In this document: one piece after another, positions 23,068 to 36,567 of the stretch
Position numbering within the stretch: position 1 is the stretch's first letter
Layout of the letters: the number at the start of each line of letters is the position of its first letter
NCBI RefSeq assembly: GCF_964204645.1
Contig: NC_134025.1
Span: 31,824,788 to 31,888,787, forward strand
Source of the DNA: Tubulanus polymorphus
Taxonomy: Eukaryota > Animalia > Nemertea
DNA: 64,000 nt
Direction: 5' to 3'
Notes under the pieces: generated by a model
Told to the model about the DNA's origin: nothing
What the model saw: only the letters and a program-made list of their open reading frames with translations
Database searches by the model: none
Translations under genes and position numbers: made by a program

Positions 23068-25227
23068 TGTGTATCTCATCCTGTAACTGAGAGTAAAACT
23101 GTAATTTTTAGTTCAAAAATAATTCAAAATATCAACAGAGACTGTGAAGAATTCTGTGGAGAAATTCATTACCAGTTTTGTACTTACCTTTAAATGAGCC
23201 TGTTTAAATAGTAAATTCTATTGCATTCATTTCATCCTGAAAAGAAAAAGAAACAATAATCAGTGACAATAGAGCAGAATGTAACATCTCAAATTATCAA
23301 TCAATCAGACAGAAACAGTACAGGATTTCTGTAGATTAAACTGCTGTACTTATTTCATACTGATTGAACAGTTACAGATACATGTAACATTGTGTACAGA
23401 TACAGAGTACAGATCACTGCATTACTTCATCCTGTGATTGAACAGTGATTTAATGTTCTCTCATCTTCATTAGATTCCCATCCGTCTAACTAAAACATCA
23501 GAACATTTAAACTCATCTAACCTCCCGACCCGACCCTCCCAGGCCCGATCCCTCCCACCCTCCCAGACCCCATCCCTCCCGCCCTCCCAGACCCCATCCC
23601 TCCCGCCCTCCCAGACCCCTTCCCTCCCGCCCTCCGGACCCCTTAAAACCCTTCCCTCCTGCCCTCCCCGACCCCTTCCCTCCCACCCTCCCATACCCCT
23701 TCCCTCCCGGACCCCTTCCATCCCTCCCTCCCGGACCCCTCAATGCCCTCCCACCTGGCCCTCCCTCAATGCCCTCCCACCTGGCCCACCCTCAATGCCC
23801 TCCCACCTAGCCCTCCCTCAATGCCCTCACACCTGGCCCACCCTCAATGCCCTCCCTCAATGCCCTCCCACCTAGCCCTCCCTCAATGCCTCCCACCTAG
23901 CCCTCCCTCAATGCCCTCCCTCAATGCCCTCCCACCTAGCCCTCCCTCAATGCCCTCCCGTCATGCCTCCTCAACTCTCTTGTCTCCTCTTCACACACCA
24001 CTCTGTACAATAACTACAAAACGATTTGCCATTTTTCACAATCATATCAATTTCATTTATAAATCAAAATCCTTAATCAATTGCATCATTGACGGGACTC
24101 ACAGATACTTTCTCTACACATTTTGGAGGCATTCAGATGACCTCAAATGATCATATGCCTGGGTTGGTCTTGAAAATCACATGGCTTCATTTTTACAGAT
24201 GATTTCTTTATCAATTTCATCAAATTATTCCTTTTATTTCTACTCCCTCTAATAAGTATTCACAATATATCTCAGTTTCACGACAAGTTGCAGCAGTCGT
24301 CTGTAAACAGATTTCATTTCATCAAATGATGCGAGTTTGAGTTGTAGAGGTTTCATCTACAAAACATCAAACCAAACCTGAGGAACCTAATGTTGTAAGG
24401 GAGGGGGAGGTATACCGAGGGTTCACCCGAACCAAGGAAATAAACCCGAACCAAACCTCCACACTCACAAAATGTCGTGAGAAAGGCAAACACAAACCAA
24501 GGACAAGAATGATGGCTGAGATCAAAACAATTAATGCTATTTATGTTGCTTCACCAATTCAACATGACGTCACTAAATGAAACCATTGTGGACTATTTCA
24601 ATACTCTCTACTAGAGGTTTCATATAAGCAAGTAGTTTATGGAATCCTATTCATAAAAGTTATTAATCAATGTTTTTAAACTGCTGATGCAAAATATATA
24701 CGTCATTAAATAATCTGTTTGATTGTCTTTTCAAGTTAACACTTAAACCCAGTGGAACAAATCAAACTCCAGCCATTTTTCCTTCATTTGCCATTTTTCG
24801 TTTTTACTCTTTTCTCTGACTTTTAGCACTTGAGTCGAGGTAGGAATAGACCCCTGCCCGCTCGCTAAGCGTGCAGGACACTAAACCTTCGAATTGCTCT
24901 CGGACCCCACTCTTTATATCAGCATTTCATGCTGTTTTATTTTATTCACGCATTCGCTTTACATTTTTTCATATGGCTTTTCCTTATTTGTCGTCTCACT
25001 AAAATTCTCATCCGTTCCGACTGGGATCAAGTTTAATCTTTTAGAGACAAACAGCAAAAGGTTGTGTTAGTTGCACCAGCAGCTGCAGCAGCATCAGCAG
25101 CACCAGCAGCAACACTGATACAGATGAATCTTTCATTAACTACGTCATTTGTTCCATTCTCAAATATTGAGTCATGAAGGCAACAGAAATAACTTTAAAA
25201 AACGTTAAATCTTTCATTTATGGCCTT

Positions 25228-25560
25228 GGTTTGGTGACCTAAGCGTCGAAGTTTGGTTCATAAGCCAGGTTTGGTGACCAAAGAGTCAAAGTTTGGTTCA
25301 TGGCTCGGGTTTAGTGACCAAAGAGTCAAAGTTTGGTTTATAGCTCTGTTTTGGTGACCAAAGAGTCAAAGTTTGGTTCATAGCTCTGTTTTGGTGACCA
25401 AAGAGTCAAATTTTGGTTCATAGCCCTGTTTTGGTGACCAAAGAGTCAAAGTTTGGTTCATGGCTCAGGTTTAGTGACCAAAGAGTCAAAGTTTGGTTCA
25501 TAGCCCTGTTTTGGTGACTAAAGAGTCAAAGTTTGGTCTATGGTTCTGATTTGGTGACCT
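25228..25560. repeat. 40-bp minisatellite, ~8.5 copies
   Basis: Direct reading. Confidence 0.95.
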
Positions 25561-28500
25561 CGGAGGGTAAATATAGCTCATGGCCCTCGTTAAAGGTAAG
25601 TCAGTTTTATGGCTTTGGTTTGATTAGCAAATAACATGAGAAATTGAGCGTTGCATATGTTGAATAGGGGAATTGGACTAAACACTCATCACTAGAATAA
25701 AGTGAAGAATTATGTTCACACTGAATGGGCTCAAAATCTTGGACTAATTGATTAAGTCTGAAATAATTCTGACTAATTTGAGTCTATCAGAAAATGATGC
25801 ATTGATCGAAGTCTAAAAGCTATAAACTGACAAATTGATCGAGCGCTGATAATATTTTAAATAACAACGGAGGATGGAATGACTTTCATAAACTGATATG
25901 ATCGTGAAAAATGGCAAAATACACTAGATACACCTCCCCCACGCTTTATCAGAGTCTCATTGTCGTAGGAAGATTGCCGTAGCCTAACTGTAAAAACTAC
26001 AACTACATCTGGTTGAATATCATTTGTTTTTATGGCTTTTAAATTCAGTAAAATATTTCCTGATAGAAGTATAATTAGTTCGCAGCCCCTCAAATTCTGT
26101 CTAGAATAGAATTATAAGTCACAGGTAGAAATAGAATATTATCCTATTCTAAAATGAATATAATAATAGAACAATAGTCTCTCCGTGTCAATCTTTGTCC
26201 CACCTAAAAATTGTACAGTTTATTTCAGAAAATATGTCCCATCTTTTTGAAAAGGATAACTAATTATTAAGGATATCTACGAATAGTGATATACTGTGCC
26301 ATGAAGGCAAATGAAGAAGTGTGTCCATAAAAGTGATAACAAAACATATCACTTATTCTAATGAGTTCTATACTCTTCTTCCAAAAATGAAGAGTAGGTC
26401 TCTGTCTAGGAATCTGCAGAAAAAAGAGGAAGCAGCAATGAATGTGAACTGCATCTCGACTCTCGTCAATAATTTTCTAAGTCGTCCTATACAGTTCTCA
26501 GTATTTACAGCCGTTTTTAAAATAGCACAGAAGAAAATACATCTTTCAGCTGGAAATGTATCAGTAAACCGCCAGATATCAACAGTAATTATTACGTATG
26601 ATTGTTGTTTCATTGAATTATTAATGAAACCGTTTTTTGATCGGAGCCAAGGAGCAGAACTTGTGATCATTCAAAAAATATCTCTCATTCCTGACCACAT
26701 TAAATAATGGCCCTAAACATTGAAACGTCCCAATTCAAAAATCTGGGGCAATTATCTCATAACGATTGAGAGAAGTGACGGTGAAATAACGTGCGCACTC
26801 ACCGGGGATCAAACCTGGGTCTCATAGAAATAACAACCAGTGAAATAGAACGAGTCCAATTGGCCGATGGTTATACAGCTTGTCATGCATAACAACTGAA
26901 ACATGACATGTTGCAGTCACGTGTTTCATAATGATTAATCCTTTCTTAGAATAATAAAAAGATGGGACACATTTTCTGAAATATCCTGAACTTCAAGACT
27001 AAAACTACGACTAAACCACCTGTACCTGTACCTAAACCCTAAAGCCCCACCCTATATCCCTCCCTCCAAAGTCCTACCACCACCCCTACATCCCTCCCAC
27101 CCTCCCAAGTCCAACCACCACCCCTACATCCCTCCCACCCTCCCAAACCCCATCCCTCCCAGACCCCTTCCCTCCTGCCCTCTCGGACCCCTTCCCTCCC
27201 GCCCTCCCTCAGCCCATCTCTCCCACCCTTCCTCCCAGACCCCTTCCCTCCCACCGTCCCCCACCCCAACCCTCCCTCCCTCTACCCCTTCCCTCCCCCC
27301 AACCCTACCCACCCTCCCTAAATCCCGTGGTTAGGTGAGTTGAATGTTCTGATGTTTTAGTTAGACGGATGAGAATCTAATGAAGATGAAAGAACATTAA
27401 ATCACTGTTCAATCACAGGATGAAGAAATGCAGTGATCTGTATCTCAGTATCTGTACACAATGTTACATGTATCTGTAACTGTACAATCAGTACGAAATA
27501 AGTACAGCAGTTTAATCTATAGAAATTCTAACTCTCAAGATACACATGATCTGATTATCAAGAAGGAACATGATTGATAACAGTTGTATTATTGACATCA
27601 GGAACCACTTTCATATTGATTAGAAATAACATTTGAGTTGATCACAATTTAGAAAACCTGTAAACCCGCTTACAGAAATAACAATCCCAACCATGAACTG
27701 ATTATAGCCAAATATTCACCAAAAGAAATTTGAAATGATTGAATAACTGCAACAGGTTTCTGAGATTTCATTTCAAAACATGGTTTATAACAAACAATAT
27801 AAAATTAGTCCCTTAAAATCAATTCAACAACCGATAAATAAATGTAACTTATCTTGAATTTCCACATAGGCTATAGTGATTCCTGACGTCATGCTGAATC
27901 CAAGAGTGATTCCCGATGTCCTGTGCTAAATCAAAAAAAAGTCTGGTAGTAAAACACTGATTCCTTGTTGTCCTGTGCTGAATCCAAGAATGATTCCCGA
28001 TGTCCGGCGCAAAACCAAAAAAGTCTGATTGTGAAACACTGATTCCTTGTTGTCCTGTGCTGAATCTAAGAGTGATTCTTGTTTTCCTGTGCTGAATCAA
28101 AATTCCCGTTGAACATGTTGAAGTGATACCTATAATAGACAAATCTAAGATTGTTTTCTTTCCTTAGAAATAACTGCAGAAATATCAAATCTAAAATTCA
28201 AACTTACAAATTAGATTGTTCGCTCAAATCTGCAGTTCGTTTATTCACGGGGTTTTTCTATCCACAGTTTAGGTTTTGCATCTAGAGTTCAACATGAAAT
28301 ATAAACAAGAAAGTAATGAAAAAACGAACAGTTTAAATATTATCTGTTTCTGAAACCGATGATGATCATCATCATCAATATCACAGACGAATGGAGGCAA
28401 GTAGAGGCATCAATCCTCCTGCGGCAGGAACTCGAACCTGATGGCATCCAGAATGCCACGGTACGAAAACCCTGCCACACTAGACCGAGTGCGCAGCAGC

Positions 28501-29808
28501 TACACGCGCAGCTTAGATGATGTCATTAATAGCCAATCAGAAATTTAGTTTTATTTGAGCCCGGGTTTTCCCATTTATAGTTCTTCCGTGAAATTTACCT
28601 CAGCGATTAACGAGCAATCTGTTTGGTGCCGCAAGATTTCGCGCGGTAAAGCTGCGCATGTACCTGCGCACCCGGTCTAGTGTGGCAGGGGTTCGTACCG
28701 TGGCTGAGTGTAGCAAGCGATGTCATCAGGTTCAAATCCCTCCCATGGGAGGATGTTGGTGTCCCACATGTTTGGACTGCGATTAATAGGCCTATAGGTT
28801 AAGCGACATATGAAATAAACTTACACTGTTTGATGTAATCAGTCGATGGAATCATTTTAGAACAAATTCATTACAACACAGCGAGGTGAAGCCCATCGTG
28901 GTCTAGATATATCAGGATGGAATGACGTCGATATGCTCGACTGAGCGCCACCAGTCCAAGTGCACCATTTATAGGATGTACCTCTGAAATAATTTGATTT
29001 ACCACAATATCTGAGATGGAATATTTTTCGCCATTTAAACCAATGTTACAAACACTTACCAAATATTGAAATACTGATTTCAGGGGTCGGGAAGGAGGGT
29101 GGCAATGTTTAGGTGAGGTTTTTGCTTAATTTCGTGTTATGGTAATTCGGTAAAGCACGCCATTTTGATATTGCGTCATAGTGTACCTCAGATTGGGATT
29201 CCCGCCGGTAGACTGGTCACCGCCACCTGCATTCGCAAGTAGAAATGGCAACCAGTCGATTGCAGGTCTCGGCTTCTTTTCGATTAGATTAGATTTTGTA
29301 TTCTACGCAATATTCAAAGAATTTATTCTAATGAAAACCACGCTCTTTACCAATCTAATCATTCGTTTCGAGGTTTCCGCAATTACTACTTTAGTTCACA
29401 GAAATTCCGCTATCGTTATTCATAGGGGCAGCACTGAACGGTTGTAATTTGATGCAGTCTTGCTATTTTACTGCGGCATGTGAGGAATACAGATTTTTCT
29501 TAAGTCAAATTTCATTCATCACTCAACACTAGTTTGTTAGAAATTAATAACTGTACCAACATTAGAGCTTTATATAAGGAGAGTAAATTAATGGTATGAT
29601 AGAATCTCCCTAATTCCGATCATTGGGACCAACAAAAATCATTCGTTTTACGGCAAATCCGGATTTAAAAGTCATTTTCGTGTATATTAATGATTAAATT
29701 GACTGTAAATATTATCCGGATTAGACCAAAATTCGGATAAAGCCGATGCGGATTAAACGATTTAGTTTGACTGTATTAGCCAATAGAATCAGTCTTCACC
29801 CATCGAAC

Positions 29809-30240
29809 TGGCCCCAGGGCACTAAAATTACCAAGAAACAAACACTGACGAGTGTTGGCCTGTTTAATGAACGCAGAAACCCTAGTGTCCCGACAGAGTA
29901 CTGTGTACCGACAGAGTACTGTGTACCGACAGAGTACTGTGTACCGACAGAGTACTGTGTACCGACGGAGTACTGTGTCCCGACGGAGTACTGTGTCCCG
30001 ACGGAGTACTGTGTACCGACGGAGTACTGTGTACCATTATTCAATATATATAAAAACCACAATATCTACTTAACGGTTGGTATGCAACAATTTCCACTCT
30101 TTTCCATATAGGTGTCGCTTTGGATAAATGTCTATATCTCTTGACCCAATGGACCGATTACGATTAAACTTGATACACAGGAGCTTAGTAGCACTCGGGG
30201 TGGGTGAAATCGCTCTAGGTTGAAGTTACACTGTCCTAAA
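29809..30240. repeat. Truncated macrosatellite unit with the tRNA-like region replaced and the 2-TM ORF broken
   Basis: Homology to the unit ends at ctgtcctaaa 30240. Confidence 0.9.
29886..30035. repeat. 18-bp tandem repeat (ccgacagagtactgtgta) x8
   Basis: Direct reading; found only at this position. Confidence 0.95.
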
Positions 30241-31219
30241 TTGGGTTGGCGAGCCAGGTGCTATTACCTATTGTTTGGGCCTATTTTGCCTTTGTTGAGG
30301 CTATTTCATGATTCCTGTCGTCCCCTAAATGCCATTTTGGTGGAAAAAGGGTAATTTATTATTGGCGTCGATGGGGTCTTAATAGAGAATTGTTGTTATC
30401 AGAAAAATGATAGCGTTTCGACAGTTTACAAATAAGATAAACTTTTTCGACTTTTACAGAAGTAAACCGTATGCCGTAAACATCAAGCGATTAAAATATT
30501 CACTTAAGTTTTATTCAGCAAAAAATCATCGAGTTTATTTTGTACGTTACAATTAAGTTCTTCAATTAAACAACTTAGTATAAAAAAAATGATGGTTGGA
30601 TTTATAATTTTCAATATAAATGGCGGAACTTACTTTTTACAATATTGAATAATTCGATGGTTTAAAAAATACTAATAGAAAAGGAGAAATGGAAGATGAA
30701 ATGAAATAATTTTCAGATTGACTAGAGAGATTGAGATTTTCTGGTGTTCTACATCTTATGTTCAAAATACACGTATTTATTATAGTGGTACCTGGTTTAT
30801 CGTGGGCTGATTATATGTATAGTCCGTCTGATATTCAAAGTTTAACAAAATCTGATAAACACGTAGTCCAAAAACTGGCCCTATAAGTGTCACTTTCGTA
30901 ATCTTAATTTGCTCTAACTGACATTGAACCACATAACTACGTGATAGGGGGAAATGTTCGTATTCTCAAAGCGTGGATTTCCGAACATCATCTACGGTGA
31001 ATTAAACAGTGAATCAGTCGATACCGTATACAACTAGTGAAGATGGAGAAATTCAAATTTGATCAGTGTCATTAATTCAAGTCAATTACAGATAATACAG
31101 TCGTCTGTCAACAAAACGGTTACTATTATCAGTCACCAGCTGTCCTTGTAACGCGCGTCACACATATAGACAATACAGATGTAGAACGATAACCACACTC
31201 AAACGTGATGAACGGATAA

Positions 31220-31269
31220 TAAGATAAAATCCCACTATTTACAGATTAAAATAGTGGGATTTTATCTTA
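31220..31269. other. Perfect 21-bp-stem hairpin with an 8-nt loop
   Basis: taagataaaatcccactattt-acagatta-aaatagtgggattttatctta. Confidence 0.9.
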
Positions 31270-31659
31270 ATACAGATGTTTATTACTGTCGAAATTGTTT
31301 TTTAATTTCGAGGTTTTACTTGAAAAAGCCGCCATCTTGATTTTGACCTTTTAAAGGACATTTGACTTTTAAAATGTAGTTTCAGATTTAAATAGCTATA
31401 TCAGACAGGAATAAAACACGTTATTGATAGTTTATATCATTATGATGATATTTATGTAAAGAAGACAGGTTCTGTTACGGGTGATGAAGCTCTGCAGTTT
31501 TACACCCGGAGACGGTTTAGGACGGCGTCCAGAATAGACTGAACGAGCTCCAGAGTGTGGAAGGTTTTTTTGTATTGTATCGAGTTTGCCGGGTTTTGAT
31601 CGTCAGTTTGTACGTAAACATCGACCATGATTTGTGGAACATCACGTATTGTATTCTAA

Positions 31660-32140
31660 TTTATATCTTGAGTGTAAAAAAAACGTGAAATTTATTTTAG
31701 ATTAACACAATGTATTTCTCAAGTTGAGTGTGAACTGTTGGTTTGATCTGAATGCTGTGGAACACAATATCTGAGTTACTGTTAAAACCCTTCCAGGATT
31801 GGCACTGTCCCCCAGAGATGATTTTGGTAAAACCAGTGTCTCTGGTAAACTTTGCATCATTCAGAATCTACTCAACCAAAATAAATAAAATTGAAACCAA
31901 ATTTTAGAATCTACAGGGCTTCATTTCTGAATGATTATTGTTTGTTTTGACTGGTGCGTTGTCATGGTGATGGCAAGGTGCTATTCTGGATCCGATGTCT
32001 GGAAAAATAGTAATTCCTCAAAACCGAGCCAAATTTCATACTGAAATGAATAACTACACTTATTTTCATCGATATGATAATGAAATGAGTTTATTTGAGC
32101 AAAATACGTTATAGAAATTTATCACAGAAATATAGAACTT
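31660..32140 (+). repeat. ~450-bp direct repeat R, copy 1
   Basis: Homologous to 34360-34745, 48800-49130 (partial) and 51560-52015. Confidence 0.85.
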
Positions 32141-32744
32141 GTAGATGTCGGCCGCGCCCCGCTGATAAACTAGGTGAAATACCTTTTGTGAGTCACCGAT
32201 TTAAGTTTTTAAGTTTCTTTGTTTGAAATACCGGTATTTTATTGGGAATATTTTTCACATAATTTTTCTGTGAACTATTGCACGGAAATCGCTACAAATT
32301 CCTAATTTCGTGGTTTTATTTCCTGCAACTATCAATTCGGAGCGGCATTTAAAGTCTACCGCGGGCACTATCGTGAGCTCTTTACTTGGTGCCCGGAGCG
32401 CTAATGCCCCTGAGTCCTGGTCTCCTCGATCTGCGCGGACTACAGAACTAGCCCTCCCAAGTGGAGTATGTCCCATTTAAGAATGATGGCGGACGAATCA
32501 ATCGAAATTTACACTTGAAATATTTAGAAGCTTCTCTTTCAACGAAGAAGCGACAGAATGTCTTCAAACCATTTCAACATTGAAATACAGTAAGTAACTT
32601 TACTTATGAATCGAATACTTTTTTTGTACGGTTGAAGGTGATTCGAGATGGAAGGTGTCGGAACACAGGGGCTTGTCGTCACAATGAATTCCGTCACAAT
32701 TTGATGGACGGATGGATGACACCAGTTGCCAGTATCCCTATCTA

Positions 32745-32859
32745 GGTATGACTGCAGTTTAGGTGTCCCTAATGGTATGTACCTAACCTTACCATAACAC
32801 TATTCTTTAATAACACTAGCGCCACCCAGTGGATAGGTGACCCAAACTGCAGTTAGCCC
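32745..32859. mobile_element. 115-bp MITE with an 8-bp TSD (Merlin-like)
   Basis: TSD cctatcta on both sides; TIR ggtatgactgcagtttagg / cccaaactgcagttagccc; empty site in the paralog at ~49715-49730. Confidence 0.85.
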
Positions 32860-33082
32860 CCTATCTATATAAGGATACTGGTGTGGTCCATCCTCAATCA
32901 AATTGTGATAAGCTCCTGTGTGTTGGACATAAAACACTCGGGTTTAACCGCCATGTCGAGCTGATGCGTGTAAAACTGTCGGCCGACATTCAAGATACAA
33001 TTAGTAAAATGTATGATTAATATCAAGTGTGGATCGAGGCCTAATATAAACTATTATTATCAATGCAGATGGAGCATTTGAG

Positions 33083-33183
33083 CAGGGACTTGACACAAAA
33101 GGATTTTGACCCCAGTATCCTCAGTCTTTTTATATATAGTACCTAGGATACTGGGGTTGAAATCGTTTTGTGTCAAGTCCCTG
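33083..33183. mobile_element. ~100-bp hairpin/MITE-like palindrome
   Basis: cagggacttgacacaaaaggattttgaccccagtatcct...aggatactggggttgaaatcgttttgtgtcaagtccctg; paralog ~49942-50049. Confidence 0.7.
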
Positions 33184-35815
33184 TAATTGCTATCAACACA
33201 GATGGAGAATTTGACCCCGCGGATACCCTTGATTTTAAAGTGCTTTCTCTGACAGGTTTCTATGTTTATTTCAGGGTGATGCTCTATTAATTAACTGCAG
33301 TCATGCAGGAAGTTCAAGAAATAACTGTTTGCAATGAAGTGAACAAGTGGTCCCTCGATTCAGGTAGATATATCTTAGGCCCTAATCACAGACCTCTAGA
33401 AACTAAATAGTTTCAGTGGTGTTTTAAAACTGAGTTAACCAAAATCCAAGTAGGTTTTCAGCGCCGGTCTCAAATCATTGATGCCATCATGATTTGAAAG
33501 CTTGTCAAAGATTGCGGCTCAATTTACTGTGTTTGGGACTAAACAAAAATTTTGCTGCGATGAAATTTACTGTGGAAATATCAAACATGTTTGAATGGTG
33601 CGATTCACCTGCTGCTGAGCAACGAACACGCTGCAAATTTCATTGTGAAATCTGTAATTTCAGACGGTGTGGGAATAAATTCATATAGTGTTCCCTGCTC
33701 TAAGTCTGAACCAATTTACCGTTAAGTCTTGTATGAAAAAAATTGTAACACTGAAAATTCTTGGCACTAAAAGCATTTTGAATCTAGTTGAATCTGTTTT
33801 CATTTTTTATCTGATGAAGAAATAAAGATTTTCAGTGTTTTGTATTATTTCAGATGTAGGCGTAACGCTAGAGTTTTGTTTATTCTACTCAAAAGAAGGT
33901 GATGTTTAGATCAGGTTTGTTTAGTTACTCTTATTCATGTCGAATATTTGATATGATTTTTGTGAATTGCTCTAATGATGTTATAATGAATGTTGTTTGA
34001 TTTATTTTCAGTCTAATGGAGGAGGATCTCAATAACTGAAACCTGCGACACGTCTAAACCTGAAATTGACTGCACGTCAAATGAATGAATTATTGATTCT
34101 AAATGACTGTGATGTTTCATGCTGATTGGAGGATTTGGAGGAATGTCTCAGGTTCGAACCCAATGACTGTGTTGCGATGTCCCAGGTTCAAACCCAGTGA
34201 TTCTGATCAGATGATGAACCAAGGTGTCTTATAACTTCACATACATTAGTTACATGTTCGCCACCTCTTGGAATTTTGCTGAACCACTAAATTACTGGAA
34301 AAGCTAATTGCGACGATTGGCAAAATGAGTTACATATCGCAGGCGCCATCTATCGGAAATTTGAGTTGTGAACTTTTGATCTGAACACATTTTATCACAA
34401 AATCTGAGTGACTAAAAGCCCTCCAGGGATGGGGCAGTGAAGTTTACCATCAGTACTGAAACTCAAACTTTGCATCATTCAAAATCTACTCAACCAATAT
34501 AAACAAACTTTTAACCAAATATAAGAATCTACAGGGCTTCATTTCTGAATGATTGTTGTTTGTTTTGACTGCTGCGTTGTCATGGTGATGGCAAGGTGAA
34601 TTTCTGGATCCGATTTCTGGAAAATTAGTAATTCCTCAAAACCGAGCCAAATTTCAAACTGAAATGAATTACTACACTAATTTTCATTGATATGATAACA
34701 AAATGAATTTATTTGAGCAAAATATTTCATAGAAATATAAAATTAACCTCGAATGATGATACTGGAGGCTGTAATGTTGAGTCCGGCTGACCCCAAATAC
34801 TTCAGACCGCACAGATGATGATGATGAAAACTGTCATGAAAACTGTGTTCTCCCCTTCTTCAGAATCAAGCTTTAAATTAAGAAAAGATATTTGCATTAT
34901 TTACTTAAAAGTGTCATTATTGCTTAGGCTACATTCTGCTTTCATCAATATCAATATCTATAAGCCTATGTGCCCCTAGAGGAACCTTATCTATTTTCTG
35001 AATTGATAATCAATGGAGTTTCAATGCACCTTATTTCTTATGCATCATCTATGGGAAATATAGAATGAAATGTATTCAATGAATTAAACTCTGTGTCCGT
35101 GATTCGAACCCTGTAACTTGCCATTGGCTGTTGAAGGAGAGAATTTTTCCCGGGTTCCAGCGTCCGCATATTTGACACCAAATTTCACAAAATTTTCTTT
35201 CCAAACAAAAACTAACTCATTTTTACTATAGAATCAATCTTATATAGGTCTATGTAGTGTTAATGGAAATAAATAGAAATATATTTATAAATAGACGATT
35301 ATTTCTTTATATTATGGTCTGATGGTGCATGGTCTTTTGGTCTCTTCTTTTCCCTGCTTAGGATAGCGGACACACAGCAGGAAAACTGGAATAATCATTT
35401 GTCACATCCCAAACACCCCCGTCCCCAGACGCGCGTCTGCATGTGGTATAAGTCAAACCTCGGACTACATAAATCGCTACTGTAAATTGACTGTAAATAT
35501 TATCCGGATTAGACCAAAATTCGGATTAAGCCGATGCGGATTAAACGATTTAGTTTGACTGTATTAGCCAATAGAATCAGTCTTGGAATACAGAAAGACG
35601 TTCACGATTGAGTTATGTACAAATACCGATATGAGAAAAGCTTAGATTCACCTCCTAAGCCATCACCCATGGAAATGGCCCCAGGGCACTAAAAAGGCAA
35701 TTACCAAGAAACAAACACTGACGCGAGTGTTGGCCTGTTTGATAAACGCAGAAACCCAAGTGTTGGCCTTGTACCACACTGACCACACGCATTCACAAAC
35801 TAAGTCAGCCACCAG

Positions 35816-35942
35816 AACTCAGCGGTCTAGTGGTTGGCGTGCTCGGCTGGCATGCTGGAGTTCGCAGGTTCGAGTCCTGCTAGGGTTAGGGTTACGGTCG
35901 ATCTAGGGTTAGGGTTAGTGCCTCAGGTTGGGGCTAATTTTT
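35816..35942 (+). mobile_element. tRNA-like head + TTAGGG copy 4
   Basis: A/B boxes, two TTAGGG tracts, T5. Confidence 0.7.
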
Positions 35943-36226
35943 GGCCCAGCGAGGTATTTGTAGTACGATGATCATCTGTTTGACTCGGGTTATTTTTTGG
36001 TCAATAGATTCTATACTAACTTATATATTTTGAACACAAATATTCGCTTTATCCTTAGAAGCCACTTTATTTAAAAGATACTTCGCTCAATACAGTAGTT
36101 TATTTCTGAATGAATGAAAGAGTTGGTGACATTATTCAATATATATATATAAACCACAATATCTACTTTACGGTTGGTATGCAACAATTTCCACTCTTTT
36201 CCATAGGTGTCGCTTTGGATAAATGT

Positions 36227-36567
36227 CTATATCTCTTGACCCAATGGACCGATTACGATTAAACTTGATACACAGGAACTTTTATCAAGTAGCACTCGGG
36301 GTGGGTGAAATCGCTCTAGGTTGAAGTTACACTGTCCTAAAATGGCTCCAAACAACGTGAAATTGGTAGTTAGGCCTACTTCGAGTACGGGTAGAACACA
36401 TTTTGAAATCGTATCGTTGTAGGTTATCGTAAAGAAGATGAATCCGTAGGCACCTAATACGACGGTTAACAGTACAAATATCGATATAGACACGCGGTTT
36501 TAGTCGAGACATTGATCGCCGGGTTTAAACATTCCTGGATATGACCATGTTTCACAATTAAATTCAT
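36227..36567 (-). pseudogene. Frameshifted copy of the 2-TM ORF
   Basis: 2-bp insertion cacgcggttt versus cacggttt at ~36494. Confidence 0.35.

Larger units (their letters stand above)
17632..29808. repeat. Macrosatellite unit 3 (12177 bp)
   Basis: Anchor-to-anchor. Confidence 0.95.
32480..34140 (+). ncRNA. Putative spliced non-coding transcript in block X
   Basis: gATGGCGG start region ~32485, GTAAGT donor ~32590, several tttcag acceptors (~33273, 33461, 33663, 33853, 34011); no consistent ORF; paralog ~49470-51430. Confidence 0.35.
31812..34925. repeat. Duplicated block X
   Basis: Colinear with 48800-52185. Confidence 0.9.

Noticed and set aside
29746-30111. VPTEYC / TQYSVG repeat proteins
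   Set aside because: Translation of the 18-bp scar repeat, present in one copy only
31348-31375. Kolobok terminus (ttaaagg)
   Set aside because: No matching inverted end found
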